This document shows, in pieces, positions 38,375-46,593 of a stretch of DNA of 64,000 nucleotides. The position numbers were made by a program, and so were the translations under genes. This DNA comes from Thermoproteota archaeon (GTDB lineage Archaea; Korarchaeota; Korarchaeia; Korarchaeales; Korarchaeaceae). The notes beneath the pieces are model-generated. The model had not been told where the DNA came from, searched no databases, and saw only the letters and a list, made by a program, of their open reading frames with translations. Each line of letters opens with the position of its first letter. Positions within the stretch are counted from its first letter, which is position 1. The stretch spans positions 288,001 through 352,000 of the forward strand of contig JAOZGC010000002.1 of NCBI GenBank assembly GCA_027491915.1. Reading direction: 5' to 3'.

Positions 38375-40288
38375 TCACATCCTCTCCAGCCTCGGTATCC
38401 CGATCAGGTCCATGGCCGAGCCCAGGGCCCCCCTGACCGCGTCTACCAGAGCGAGCCTGGCGGCCTCGACCCCGCCCCCGGAGCCGAGCACCCTGTGGGT
38501 CTCGTAGTACCTGTTGAAGGCGGCGGCCAGGTCGGACGCGTATTGGGCCAGCAGGTCGGGCCTCATCAGATCGGCGGACGACCTGACGACCGACGGGAAC
38601 TCGGCCACCCTCATCAGCAGGTCCTCCTCGGCCTCGGACTTCAGCTCTCCGGGGTCGAAGTCCCCGGGGACGCCGCCGGCCCTCCTCAGTATGCCGCCGG
38701 CCCTGGTGTAGGCGTACTGGATGAAGGGGCCCGAGTTGGCCTGGAGGTTGAGGACCCTGTCCCAGCTGAAAGTCACGTTCTTTGAGGGGTCCACGCTGAC
38801 GAGGGCGTACCTGACCGCCCCGACGGCGACGGCCTCGGCTATATCCTCGGCTTCGACCTCCCCCTTCCTCCCCCCGAGGATCTCCATGACCCTCTTCTTG
38901 GCCTCGTCAAGTATCTCGTCAACGGTCACGTATCTCCCGAGCCTGCCTGCCATCTTGGCCCCGACCAGCTCGACCATCTCGTAGCTGAAGTGGATGAGCC
39001 TGTCGGGATCGTGGCCGCAGAGGGCCAGCCCCGCCCTGACCTGCATCTGCTCCAGCCTCTGCTCGCTCCCTATCACGTTGTACACCACGTCGGCCCCGAC
39101 CGCCTCCAGCTTGTAGACCGAGTACCCCACGTCGGTCCCCGTGTAGAGCCACGTACCGTCGGACCTCTGGAGGTAGAACCTGGCCGGCACGACGTCGGCC
39201 AACTTCCCCTCCCTCTCCAGCCTCTCCAGGTCCCCCTCTCCAAGGTGGAACGCCCTCCTGACATCCTCCCTCTCCCTTATGGCCCTCCACATGTTCACGT
39301 ACGCGGCCTCCCCGTCCCTCTCCAGGTACCCGGCCTCTCCTATCCTCCTGGCCGCCTCCTCGACCCACCCGTTCCATATCAGGTCGCTCTCCCAGTCGTA
39401 GGCGTCGTGAGAGACGCCCAGCCTGGCCAGGGTCTCCACGAAACCCTCCATCACCGACTCGGAGACTTCGCGAAAGAGGGCTTTCGCGTCCGGGCGGCCC
39501 TCCTGGTACCCCCTCATGAGGGACGTCAGCTCCGACTCAGGGTCGTCGTCCCCCAGGATCGAGGAGTAGACCTCCTCCACGACCTCCCCTCCCCTCCTCC
39601 TCAGGTCCACGAGGGCCTCCTCCAGCTCCCTCCTCCTGTCCTCCGGGAGGTCTTCCCTCCTCATCTCGAAGGCTATGTTCGCGGCGGCGTAGATGAGGCC
39701 GTACCAGTGATCCGGCTTCCCCCTGGGACGAGCCCTCCTCACCTTGGATCTCCCGTACGCCAGCACGGCGGGCTGCCTCCCGGAGTCGTTCACCAGGTAC
39801 CTGGCGCTGACCTCGTGGCCGAGGAACCTCAGTATCCTCGCGTAGGAATCCCCGAGGATCGCGTTCCTGCCGCTGCCCACGTGGAGGGGGTGGACCGGGT
39901 TCACGCTGGTGTGCTCCACGACGACGGTCTTACCGGTCGGGTCCCCCCTCCCCAACTCCCCCGATCTGGCCGACCCTATCACCTCGGAGAAGAACTCCCT
40001 CAGGTCGAGCGTCAGGTTGACGAACCCGCCCGACGGGGTTACCTCGACGGCCATGGGTATCATGTCGACCTCGATCCTGGAGGCGAGGTCCGCCGCCACG
40101 GCGGGCGGGGGGGCGCCGACGGCCCCGGCCAGCTTGAACGGGAGCGGGCTCCCGAGGTGACCGGGTTTCCCCCTCGGGACCCTCTCAACTCTTATCCAAC
40201 CTGGGTCGACCTCGACCCCGGACGCCGAGGCCGCCGCGGCCAGCTGCTCGGAGAAGGCCCTCCTCACCTCCCCCAGCGGATCCCTCAT
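38375..40288 (-). CDS. argS: Arginine--tRNA ligase
   Basis: GFVN, EHTSVNP..PLHVGS.RNA..GD, VND.G.Q, RSDGT.LY...D, EQ, KM.GR.G, QYAY.RA..IL, C-terminal LERM. Confidence 0.95.
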   Translation of the reverse strand: MRDPLGEVRRAFSEQLAAAASASGVEVDPGWIRVERVPRGKPGHLGSPLPFKLAGAVGAPPPAVAADLASRIEVDMIPMAVEVTPSGGFVNLTLDLREFFSEVIGSARSGELGRGDPTGKTVVVEHTSVNPVHPLHVGSGRNAILGDSYARILRFLGHEVSARYLVNDSGRQPAVLAYGRSKVRRARPRGKPDHWYGLIYAAANIAFEMRREDLPEDRRRELEEALVDLRRRGGEVVEEVYSSILGDDDPESELTSLMRGYQEGRPDAKALFREVSESVMEGFVETLARLGVSHDAYDWESDLIWNGWVEEAARRIGEAGYLERDGEAAYVNMWRAIREREDVRRAFHLGEGDLERLEREGKLADVVPARFYLQRSDGTWLYTGTDVGYSVYKLEAVGADVVYNVIGSEQRLEQMQVRAGLALCGHDPDRLIHFSYEMVELVGAKMAGRLGRYVTVDEILDEAKKRVMEILGGRKGEVEAEDIAEAVAVGAVRYALVSVDPSKNVTFSWDRVLNLQANSGPFIQYAYTRAGGILRRAGGVPGDFDPGELKSEAEEDLLMRVAEFPSVVRSSADLMRPDLLAQYASDLAAAFNRYYETHRVLGSGGGVEAARLALVDAVRGALGSAMDLIGIPRLERM

Positions 40289-40309
40289 CTCGCGGCCCGA
40301 CCCCCTCCA

Positions 40310-40807
40310 TCAAGATAAAAGTCGGCGCCTCCCCCTTATCCCGTCGACCAGGACGGAGAAGGGGACGACGACGTTGATCCCCTCCTTGGCCGACGTCTCG
40401 ACGTAGCCCAGCATCCCCTCCCTCTCCGCGAATCCCTCGGCGGCCTCGCGATCCACCCTCCTCCCGAGGTCCACCTTGTTACCCACCAGGACCGCCGGAT
40501 GCCCGTCCCCAAGCTCCCTCCTGGCGATCCCCACCCAACCCTCGAGGGCGTCCAGGGTGGCTGGCCTGGTCAGATCGAACACGTACAGCACCCCGGACGC
40601 CCCCCTGAGGGCTATGGGGGCGAAGAACCTGAACCTCTCCTCTCCCCCCACGTCCCACACGATCACCCTCTCCCCTCCCAATTCCATCGCGTGGAAGTCG
40701 GCCCCGACGGTCATGCCAGCCCCTCCAGCCTTCCCGGCCGCAGCCCTGGCGAGGGCGGTCTTCCCCACCCCTCCCTCCCCGCAGAGGACCACCTTCAACC
40801 TGCCCAA
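40310..40807 (-). CDS. Rab-like small GTPase (Ras superfamily)
   Basis: G1 GEGGVGKT, G2 TVGADF, G3 WDVGGEERF, G4 GNKVD, G5 ETSAK; 165 aa. Confidence 0.92.
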   Translation of the reverse strand: MGRLKVVLCGEGGVGKTALARAAAGKAGGAGMTVGADFHAMELGGERVIVWDVGGEERFRFFAPIALRGASGVLYVFDLTRPATLDALEGWVGIARRELGDGHPAVLVGNKVDLGRRVDREAAEGFAEREGMLGYVETSAKEGINVVVPFSVLVDGIRGRRRLLS

Positions 40808-40810
40808 CGC

Positions 40811-41470
40811 TCAGTCCCCGAAGTACTTCTCGTGCAGCTCCCTGGACGCGTCCATGCTCACGTCCGCGAACAGCTCAGGGAAGTCCTCCACCACCCTCTC
40901 CCTCGGAGTCTGCTTCGGCACGGCCACCAGCGTCAGCTCGCAGTACTCGTCCCCGGCGGCCAGGCAGGCCGTCTCCCTGACCACCGTGTAGTACCTGGTC
41001 TCTCCGGGGGCCAGGCTCATGTAGGTGTTCGAGGCCCCCTCGTAGGCCCCGGTGGGGTAGTAACAGATCTTGTCCCCGGTCTCTATCTCGGAGGCCCATG
41101 GGGATCTCCTGTCCCTGAACCTCACTATTATGTAGTTCCCGCCGACCGCCCTCCTCTCCTCAGACTCCGCCTCCGGGTCCCTGCCGGAGAACATGTACCA
41201 GGCCGCCCTACCTATCACCCGTATGACCTTCTGGCTCGGGGGATAGCGGGCTATGTCCCTCCCCCCGAGCTTCAGCAGGTAGGCGTGCCCCATGGCATAA
41301 CCCCACTCGAATATCCTCAGGTTGGCCTTCTCCCGCCCCAGAAAGTCCCTCATCTCCGTCACGGTCATGAGGTACAGCCTGTTCAGCGTGAACGTGTCTA
41401 CGGTGGTTGCGCCGAACCTCTTCCTCATCTTGAGGACGAACATGCTCAGGCTCTCCGGAGGAGCCGACAA
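40811..41470 (-). CDS. V4R (4-vinyl reductase) domain protein
   Basis: GY.MG, CYY..G.YEG, VRETAC.A.GD.YCE; TTG start after a GGAGGTGG RBS. Confidence 0.8.
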   Translation of the reverse strand: MSAPPESLSMFVLKMRKRFGATTVDTFTLNRLYLMTVTEMRDFLGREKANLRIFEWGYAMGHAYLLKLGGRDIARYPPSQKVIRVIGRAAWYMFSGRDPEAESEERRAVGGNYIIVRFRDRRSPWASEIETGDKICYYPTGAYEGASNTYMSLAPGETRYYTVVRETACLAAGDEYCELTLVAVPKQTPRERVVEDFPELFADVSMDASRELHEKYFGD

Positions 41471-41539
41471 GACATGACCACCTCCCTCTCCTCGCCCACG
41501 CCGACACGCGGACATGTCCCGGAGTCGCCGGGACCTCCC

Positions 41540-41959
41540 TCAGACACCCACCCTCACCTCCTTCAGGTATCCCCCAGCCCTGAGCCTCTCGGCCATTATC
41601 CTGGCCCTCCCGACCGGAATCCCGAGCAGGGCTGCTATCTCCCTTATCGTCCTCTCTCCGTCGCACAGGGCCAGGAACCGCCACTCCTGCTCGCTCAGGG
41701 CCGATATGTCCGGGCGCCCCCCGCCGGGGACCGGCACCTCCCTTATCCTCGCCATCAGGTCTCCCCCGACCTCCGAAACGCGCGCCGACTCGACGGACCT
41801 GACCTTGCCGTCAGGATCTACGTAGGCTATCATGGCGTGGTCTCCGTGATTTATCACGACGGCCGTCACCCCGGACGGGGAGGAAGAAGCCCTCCTCACC
41901 GTCTCCTCGTCCGGCTTCAGGTCCTCCACCCTCCCGCAGACCGGGCACCTGACCCTCAA
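41540..41959 (-). CDS. Zn-ribbon-like + winged-helix hypothetical protein
   Basis: CPVC...HGDH..IAYVDPDG.VR N-domain; LCDG.RT..EIA..LG......A..L...G HTH. Confidence 0.72.
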   Translation of the reverse strand: MRVRCPVCGRVEDLKPDEETVRRASSSPSGVTAVVINHGDHAMIAYVDPDGKVRSVESARVSEVGGDLMARIREVPVPGGGRPDISALSEQEWRFLALCDGERTIREIAALLGIPVGRARIMAERLRAGGYLKEVRVGV

Positions 41960-43218
41960 GCTCTGAACCTCCCCCTGCTCGGATCGAAGTGGGGGTCCGA
42001 GATCCCGCCGACCAGCCGGATGGCCGGACCGGGGGCGACCCTGAGAGCCCTCAGGATCTTCCTCTTTGGGAGCACGCGGAACATCTCCCTGACCAACTCC
42101 GAGTAACCCCTCCTCGTGTATATCAGATCGAGCAGCAGCCTCCCCATGTCGTCATCCTCTGCGGCGAAACGGAGCAAGTCGTCCAGGAACCTCAGGTCGC
42201 TGAACAGGAGATCCCTCATCTCCCTGCCGACGGCGATGTTCACCCCGAGATCTTCCTCCCCCTCGCACCTCCTCTGGTACTCGGCCAGGCCCTCCTCGCT
42301 GGGCTCGCCCTCCTCCAGGACCTCCCTGAGGACGTCGGAGGCCAGCTCCGCCGATTTGATGGCCCCCCTCACCCCCTCCCCGGTCAGCGCGTTCACGAAC
42401 CCCCCGGCGTCCCCGACCAGTAGAGTCCTCTCGGAGTACAGCCTGCCCAGGATCCCGTTGTACGGAATGTACGATCCGAGGATCTCCCCGCCGCCGGTCC
42501 GCGCGGCCCGGGCGAGCAGGCCGGACCTCCCCTCCTCCAAGAACCTCCTGAGCTCCTCCGTCGGGAGCGAGCCGTAGTTCTCCACAAGCGCCCCTATCCC
42601 GACGTTCAGGTGGTCGGAGTGCCTGAACACCCAGGCGTACCCGGCCCCGGCCAGTCCCATGTGAAACTCGTGGGCGGCCGCGTCCCGGAGATCTCCCCCG
42701 AGGGGAACGTAGGCCACCGGGCAGAAGGCGTTGCCCCTGAACCACCCCCGCGGCCTCAGGCCCAGGGAGGCCGCCACCCTCGACCCGAATCCGTCGGCCC
42801 CCACCACGGCGCGGGCCTCGTACTCCCCCCTCCTGATGATCACCCTGGCCCTCCCCTCCCCCTCGATCACGGCCCTCACGAACTCCCCCTCCCTGAGCTC
42901 TGCCCCCGCCTCGACGGCCAACCTGGCGAGCCAAGAGTCGGTCTGCTCCCGGGGGAGATTGTAGGCCAGGACCGAGTCGGACTCGAGCTCCAGGGAGAAG
43001 CCGGAGGGGGAAACGAAGATGCTCTTCCTCACCTCAACCAGGTCGTCGCTCTCTATTCCGAGCCCCTCGACCACTGGAACGCTCAGCGCCCCCCCGCACA
43101 CCTTCCTTCTCGGGTGCCTCTTGGCCTCCAGGGCCAGGACGTCGAAGCCGTGTTCGCCCAAAATCCGGGCCGCCGTCGATCCAGCCGGTCCGGTGCCGAC
43201 CACAATGACGTCTCTCAT
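41956..43218 (-). CDS. Geranylgeranyl reductase family FAD oxidoreductase
   Basis: VG.GPAGS, PR.K.CGG, GADG..S, Y.WVF, NVGIG, VGDAGG.VN..TGEG. Confidence 0.9.
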   Translation of the reverse strand: MRDVIVVGTGPAGSTAARILGEHGFDVLALEAKRHPRRKVCGGALSVPVVEGLGIESDDLVEVRKSIFVSPSGFSLELESDSVLAYNLPREQTDSWLARLAVEAGAELREGEFVRAVIEGEGRARVIIRRGEYEARAVVGADGFGSRVAASLGLRPRGWFRGNAFCPVAYVPLGGDLRDAAAHEFHMGLAGAGYAWVFRHSDHLNVGIGALVENYGSLPTEELRRFLEEGRSGLLARAARTGGGEILGSYIPYNGILGRLYSERTLLVGDAGGFVNALTGEGVRGAIKSAELASDVLREVLEEGEPSEEGLAEYQRRCEGEEDLGVNIAVGREMRDLLFSDLRFLDDLLRFAAEDDDMGRLLLDLIYTRRGYSELVREMFRVLPKRKILRALRVAPGPAIRLVGGISDPHFDPSRGRFRA

Positions 43219-43330
43219 GGTCGGGGATCCCCCTGAGGATCCCGCCTTCTAGAAAAAACTTTCCTCGTCCGCGCGGGCGGCGTCCCTCCGGGGCCCCGAT
43301 AGCCCACCTCCGGTCTGGAGGCCCGCCGAC

Positions 43331-44962
43331 TCATCCCTCCCCGACGACCGCCCTGAGGAATGAGAGATAGGTCGGGCTCGGATCCCAAGGCCTGGACTTG
43401 TACTCAGGGTGGAACTGGACCCCGACCATGTAGGGATGATCTTCGACCTCGAAGGCGTTCACTATCCTTCCGCTCCCGTCCACGGCCGCCACCCTGTAGC
43501 CGGCCCCCTCCATCCTCTCGGCGTACTCCCTCACTATGTGGTACCTGTGCCTGAACCTCTCCCTCACGATCCTCCTCCCGTAGGCCTCCCTGAGCTTGGT
43601 CCCCTCGAGGAGCACCACCTCGTGGGCCCCGAGCCTCATGGTTCCGCCCTTGTCCCTTACCGCCCTCTGCTCCGGCAGGAGGTCGACCACCGGGTAGGGG
43701 GTCCCGGGATCAACCTCTGTGGAGTTCGCCCCGGCCCACCCCATCCTGGCCCTGGCGAAGGCCGCGGTGGCCAGCTGGGCCCCGAAGCATATCCCCAGGG
43801 TAGGCCTATCTCCCTCCAGCGCCCTCTCCGCCGCCGCTATTATCCCCTCGGTCCCCCTCGATCCGAACCCGGGGGTCAGCAGTATCCCCCCCGCCCCGTC
43901 GACAGACTCCCACCCGCGGCCGCCCTCCAAACCCTCCGAGTCGACGGCCTCGACCCTCACCCTAACGCCGAGCGCGGCGCCGGCGTGCCTGAGGGCCTCC
44001 ACGATGCTTATGTGGACGTCCCTCATCTTCCAGTACTTGCCCACCATGGCCACCGAGACCTCCCGGTCTGCGGAGGTCATCCTCTCCACGACCTCCCTCC
44101 AACCGTCGAGATCCGGACGCCTCGGCTCCAGCTCGAGCCTCTCCTCTAGGAAGCGGCCCATACCCTGCTCCTCCAGTATCAGGGGAAGCCTGTACACGAC
44201 GTCCAGGTAGGGGTCCTCGAATACCCGGTCCTCCGGCACGTTCGAGTAGAGGGCTATCTTCCTCCTGGCCTCCGGCGTCAGCGGGACGTCCGACCTGGCC
44301 ACTATCCCGTCGGGCTGCAGGCCGAGTCCCTGGAGTATCCTGACGCTCGTCTGGGTGGGTTTGGTCTTCAGCTCCCCAACCTGCCGCAGATAGGGGACGT
44401 AGGTCACGTGGACCAGGGCCGACCTCACCGAGAGCCTCATCTGCCTAATCGTCTCGAGGAAGGCCGACGCCTCGTAGTCCCCCACGGTGCCGCCCTGCTC
44501 CACCACCACCACGTCGCTGCCTCCCCTCTCTCCGGCCTCCTCTATCCTGCGTCTGACCTCCATCACCAGGTGCGGTATGAGCCTCAGGGTCTGCCCCAGG
44601 TACTCCCCCCTCCTCTCCCCGAGTATGAGGCTCAGCATCACCTGCCCGCTGGTCACGTTGTTGGATGGGTGCATGTTCACCCCGAGGAACCTCTCGTATG
44701 TGCCGAAGTCCTGGTCTATCTCGGCGATCCTGAAGGAGACCCCCCTCCCGGGGCTGAACTCCCAGACCTCCTCCGTGACGAAGATCTCCCCGTGCTCCAC
44801 AGGGTTCATGGTCCCCGGGTCCGGGTTGAAGTACCCGTCCAGCTTCACCATCGAGACGCTCCATCCCCGGGCCTGCAGGAGCTTCCCTATGGAGGCGGCG
44901 ACGGCTCCCTTCCCCAGCCCGCTGACCACCCCTCCCGTGACGAACACGTACCTGGGGGGCAC
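43331..44962 (-). CDS. pyrG: CTP synthase
   Basis: FVTGGVVSGLGKG, DPGTM.P.EHGE.F, KTKPTQ.SV, PGFG.RG.EG, GIC.G, GGTMRLG, QFHPE. Confidence 0.95.
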   Translation of the reverse strand: MPPRYVFVTGGVVSGLGKGAVAASIGKLLQARGWSVSMVKLDGYFNPDPGTMNPVEHGEIFVTEEVWEFSPGRGVSFRIAEIDQDFGTYERFLGVNMHPSNNVTSGQVMLSLILGERRGEYLGQTLRLIPHLVMEVRRRIEEAGERGGSDVVVVEQGGTVGDYEASAFLETIRQMRLSVRSALVHVTYVPYLRQVGELKTKPTQTSVRILQGLGLQPDGIVARSDVPLTPEARRKIALYSNVPEDRVFEDPYLDVVYRLPLILEEQGMGRFLEERLELEPRRPDLDGWREVVERMTSADREVSVAMVGKYWKMRDVHISIVEALRHAGAALGVRVRVEAVDSEGLEGGRGWESVDGAGGILLTPGFGSRGTEGIIAAAERALEGDRPTLGICFGAQLATAAFARARMGWAGANSTEVDPGTPYPVVDLLPEQRAVRDKGGTMRLGAHEVVLLEGTKLREAYGRRIVRERFRHRYHIVREYAERMEGAGYRVAAVDGSGRIVNAFEVEDHPYMVGVQFHPEYKSRPWDPSPTYLSFLRAVVGEG

Positions 44963-45006
44963 CGGCCTCCCCCAACCCGGGCCGTAAAAAGTTGACGAGG
45001 CCCGGT

Positions 45007-45789
45007 TCAGATCGGCAGTAGGGGCCCTCTCCTCCTTTTATCCCCCCTTTCTCCTCCGGAGAGCCCGTATCTGGGCTCCCTGGGGACGACCGCCAGCCTC
45101 ACCTCCCTCTCCCACTCTGACGTCACCACGGTCATGTAGGGGGTCGCCCCGAGGGATATCCCACCTCCGCTGGCCGAGAAGGTGTAGGGATAGAAGAAGA
45201 AGGTGTCTTTGGGCACGGTCGGATCGTAGGGCAGCTCCACCTCGACTACGACCCTGCCGGACTCCTCGAAGACCCTGCCGTCCCCTATCGGGTACCTGGT
45301 CGTCTTACGCCCGTCTCCGACGTCTATCCACTCCTCCACCCCAAGGCCGACCACCACGTCGCCCGCGTCGATCCCAGGATCCAGGATGTACCCCCTTATG
45401 ATCTCCCCGGGGCGCCAGGGACCGCCCTCCAGCCTTATCCACCCGCTCCTCTCCTGCCTCGGCGGCCTGGGGAGGACCTTGATCCTCACCCTTCCCTTGG
45501 GGGAGAACAGCCCCCTCAGGCCGCCGGCCGCCCTGAACGTCAGCGTCCACTTGACCTGACTCCCCCGGGTGTAGACCGTGGGCGGTAGGGTGTCGGGGTA
45601 GCCTATCTCGAAGGGGCCGGGGCCCACCCTCCCGCTCCACCTGTAGATGGATATGACCTTGGGGAGGGGGGCCGAGGGGTCCAGCAGCCTGGTGGCGAGC
45701 ATGACCGAGAGTGTGGCCTCCACCTCGCCGCCGGACACCTCGCCCCTTATGGGCTCCCCCACCCGGATGAGCCTCCTCTCCAAGGTCAC
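45007..45789 (-). CDS. Hypothetical protein with tandem arrestin/Spo0M-like beta-sandwich repeats
   Basis: Two repeats starting GEPIRGEV / PGEIIRGYI, each followed by F.I.YP..LPP / V.LP...P motifs. Confidence 0.5.
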   Translation of the reverse strand: MTLERRLIRVGEPIRGEVSGGEVEATLSVMLATRLLDPSAPLPKVISIYRWSGRVGPGPFEIGYPDTLPPTVYTRGSQVKWTLTFRAAGGLRGLFSPKGRVRIKVLPRPPRQERSGWIRLEGGPWRPGEIIRGYILDPGIDAGDVVVGLGVEEWIDVGDGRKTTRYPIGDGRVFEESGRVVVEVELPYDPTVPKDTFFFYPYTFSASGGGISLGATPYMTVVTSEWEREVRLAVVPREPRYGLSGGERGDKRRRGPLLPI

Positions 45790-45796
45790 CGAGTAC

Positions 45797-46435
45797 CTAC
45801 CCGTGGACCACCACCTCCGCCAGGTAGGTCTCCCTGAGGATGCCGGGCCCCTTCAGTATCCTGACGCCCTCGTAGTCGTCCTTGAAGAGGTGCAGCCTGT
45901 ACCTCTTGGGGGGCGTCCCCTCCCTCTCCAGCTCCCCGGCGAGCAGCCTGACGAGGGACTCCACGGCCGCCTTGAGGGTCCTGTCCTTGCCCGGCTGCTC
46001 CCTCGCCTTCGAGGTGTAAAACTCCTCCAACTTGACCAGGCTGTACCACCTGGCCACGAGCACGAAGTACAGCAGCACCGTGGCCGCTATCAGCGTCGCC
46101 TGGGCCATCGGATGGCCCCAGACCGAGAGACCCAGCGCGACCACGAACAGCATTATGGTCACCCTCAAGGTGAGCCTGACCACGAGGAACACCTTCGACC
46201 ACCTGGTGGCCGACGGGTCCCTGGCCGGCAGGTTCACCATGAACTCCAGGACCCTCTCCAGCTTCTTCCTCCCGCCGCTGCCCCCGAGAGCCCCCTTCAC
46301 CAGGTCCCACCGCTCGTCCAGCATGGCCCTTATCCTCTTTGGATCGACGTTCCTCCCTATCCTGTAACCGTCTATGGCCTCTATGAGGGCGGCAACGTCC
46401 TCCAGATCGCGTCTCTTCTTCCCAAACAACCCCAA
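45797..46435 (-). CDS. Hypothetical membrane protein (2 TM)
   Basis: Typical coding codon usage; two hydrophobic helices; 7 nt before the next gene. Confidence 0.65.
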   Translation of the reverse strand: MGLFGKKRRDLEDVAALIEAIDGYRIGRNVDPKRIRAMLDERWDLVKGALGGSGGRKKLERVLEFMVNLPARDPSATRWSKVFLVVRLTLRVTIMLFVVALGLSVWGHPMAQATLIAATVLLYFVLVARWYSLVKLEEFYTSKAREQPGKDRTLKAAVESLVRLLAGELEREGTPPKRYRLHLFKDDYEGVRILKGPGILRETYLAEVVVHG

Positions 46436-46504
46436 CCACGACGCCCCCCAGGCGGCGTCCGGCCGGCAAATAAGCTGCCCGGGCCTTCGACTTCGCGCTG
46501 ACAG

Positions 46505-46519
46505 AAAACTATATTAATT
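46505..46519 (+). promoter_or_regulatory. BRE/TATA-like promoter upstream of the APC permease
   Basis: AAAACTATATTAATT about 75 nt upstream of the ATG at 46594. Confidence 0.5.
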
Positions 46520-46593
46520 TACCAGATGACGAAGTTGGGACCGTCCGACGTGACGGTCGGACCGAAAATATGTGAGTGTCGGGGGGAATATGG

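Noticed and set aside
39860-39900. ArgRS HIGH motif reads HVGS
   Set aside because: All other ArgRS motifs are intact and the gene is full length; treated as ordinary motif variation, not inactivation.
40310-43218. Geranylgeranyl reductase upstream of the Rab-like gene as evidence for Rab prenylation
   Set aside because: GGR reduces lipid isoprenoid chains and is not a prenyltransferase; the GTPase has no C-terminal Cys.
46526-46575. Possible C/D box sRNA (ATGACGA...CCGA...GTGACGG...GTGA)
   Set aside because: All four boxes deviate from consensus, there is no CTGA D box, and the region is better explained as promoter plus leader.
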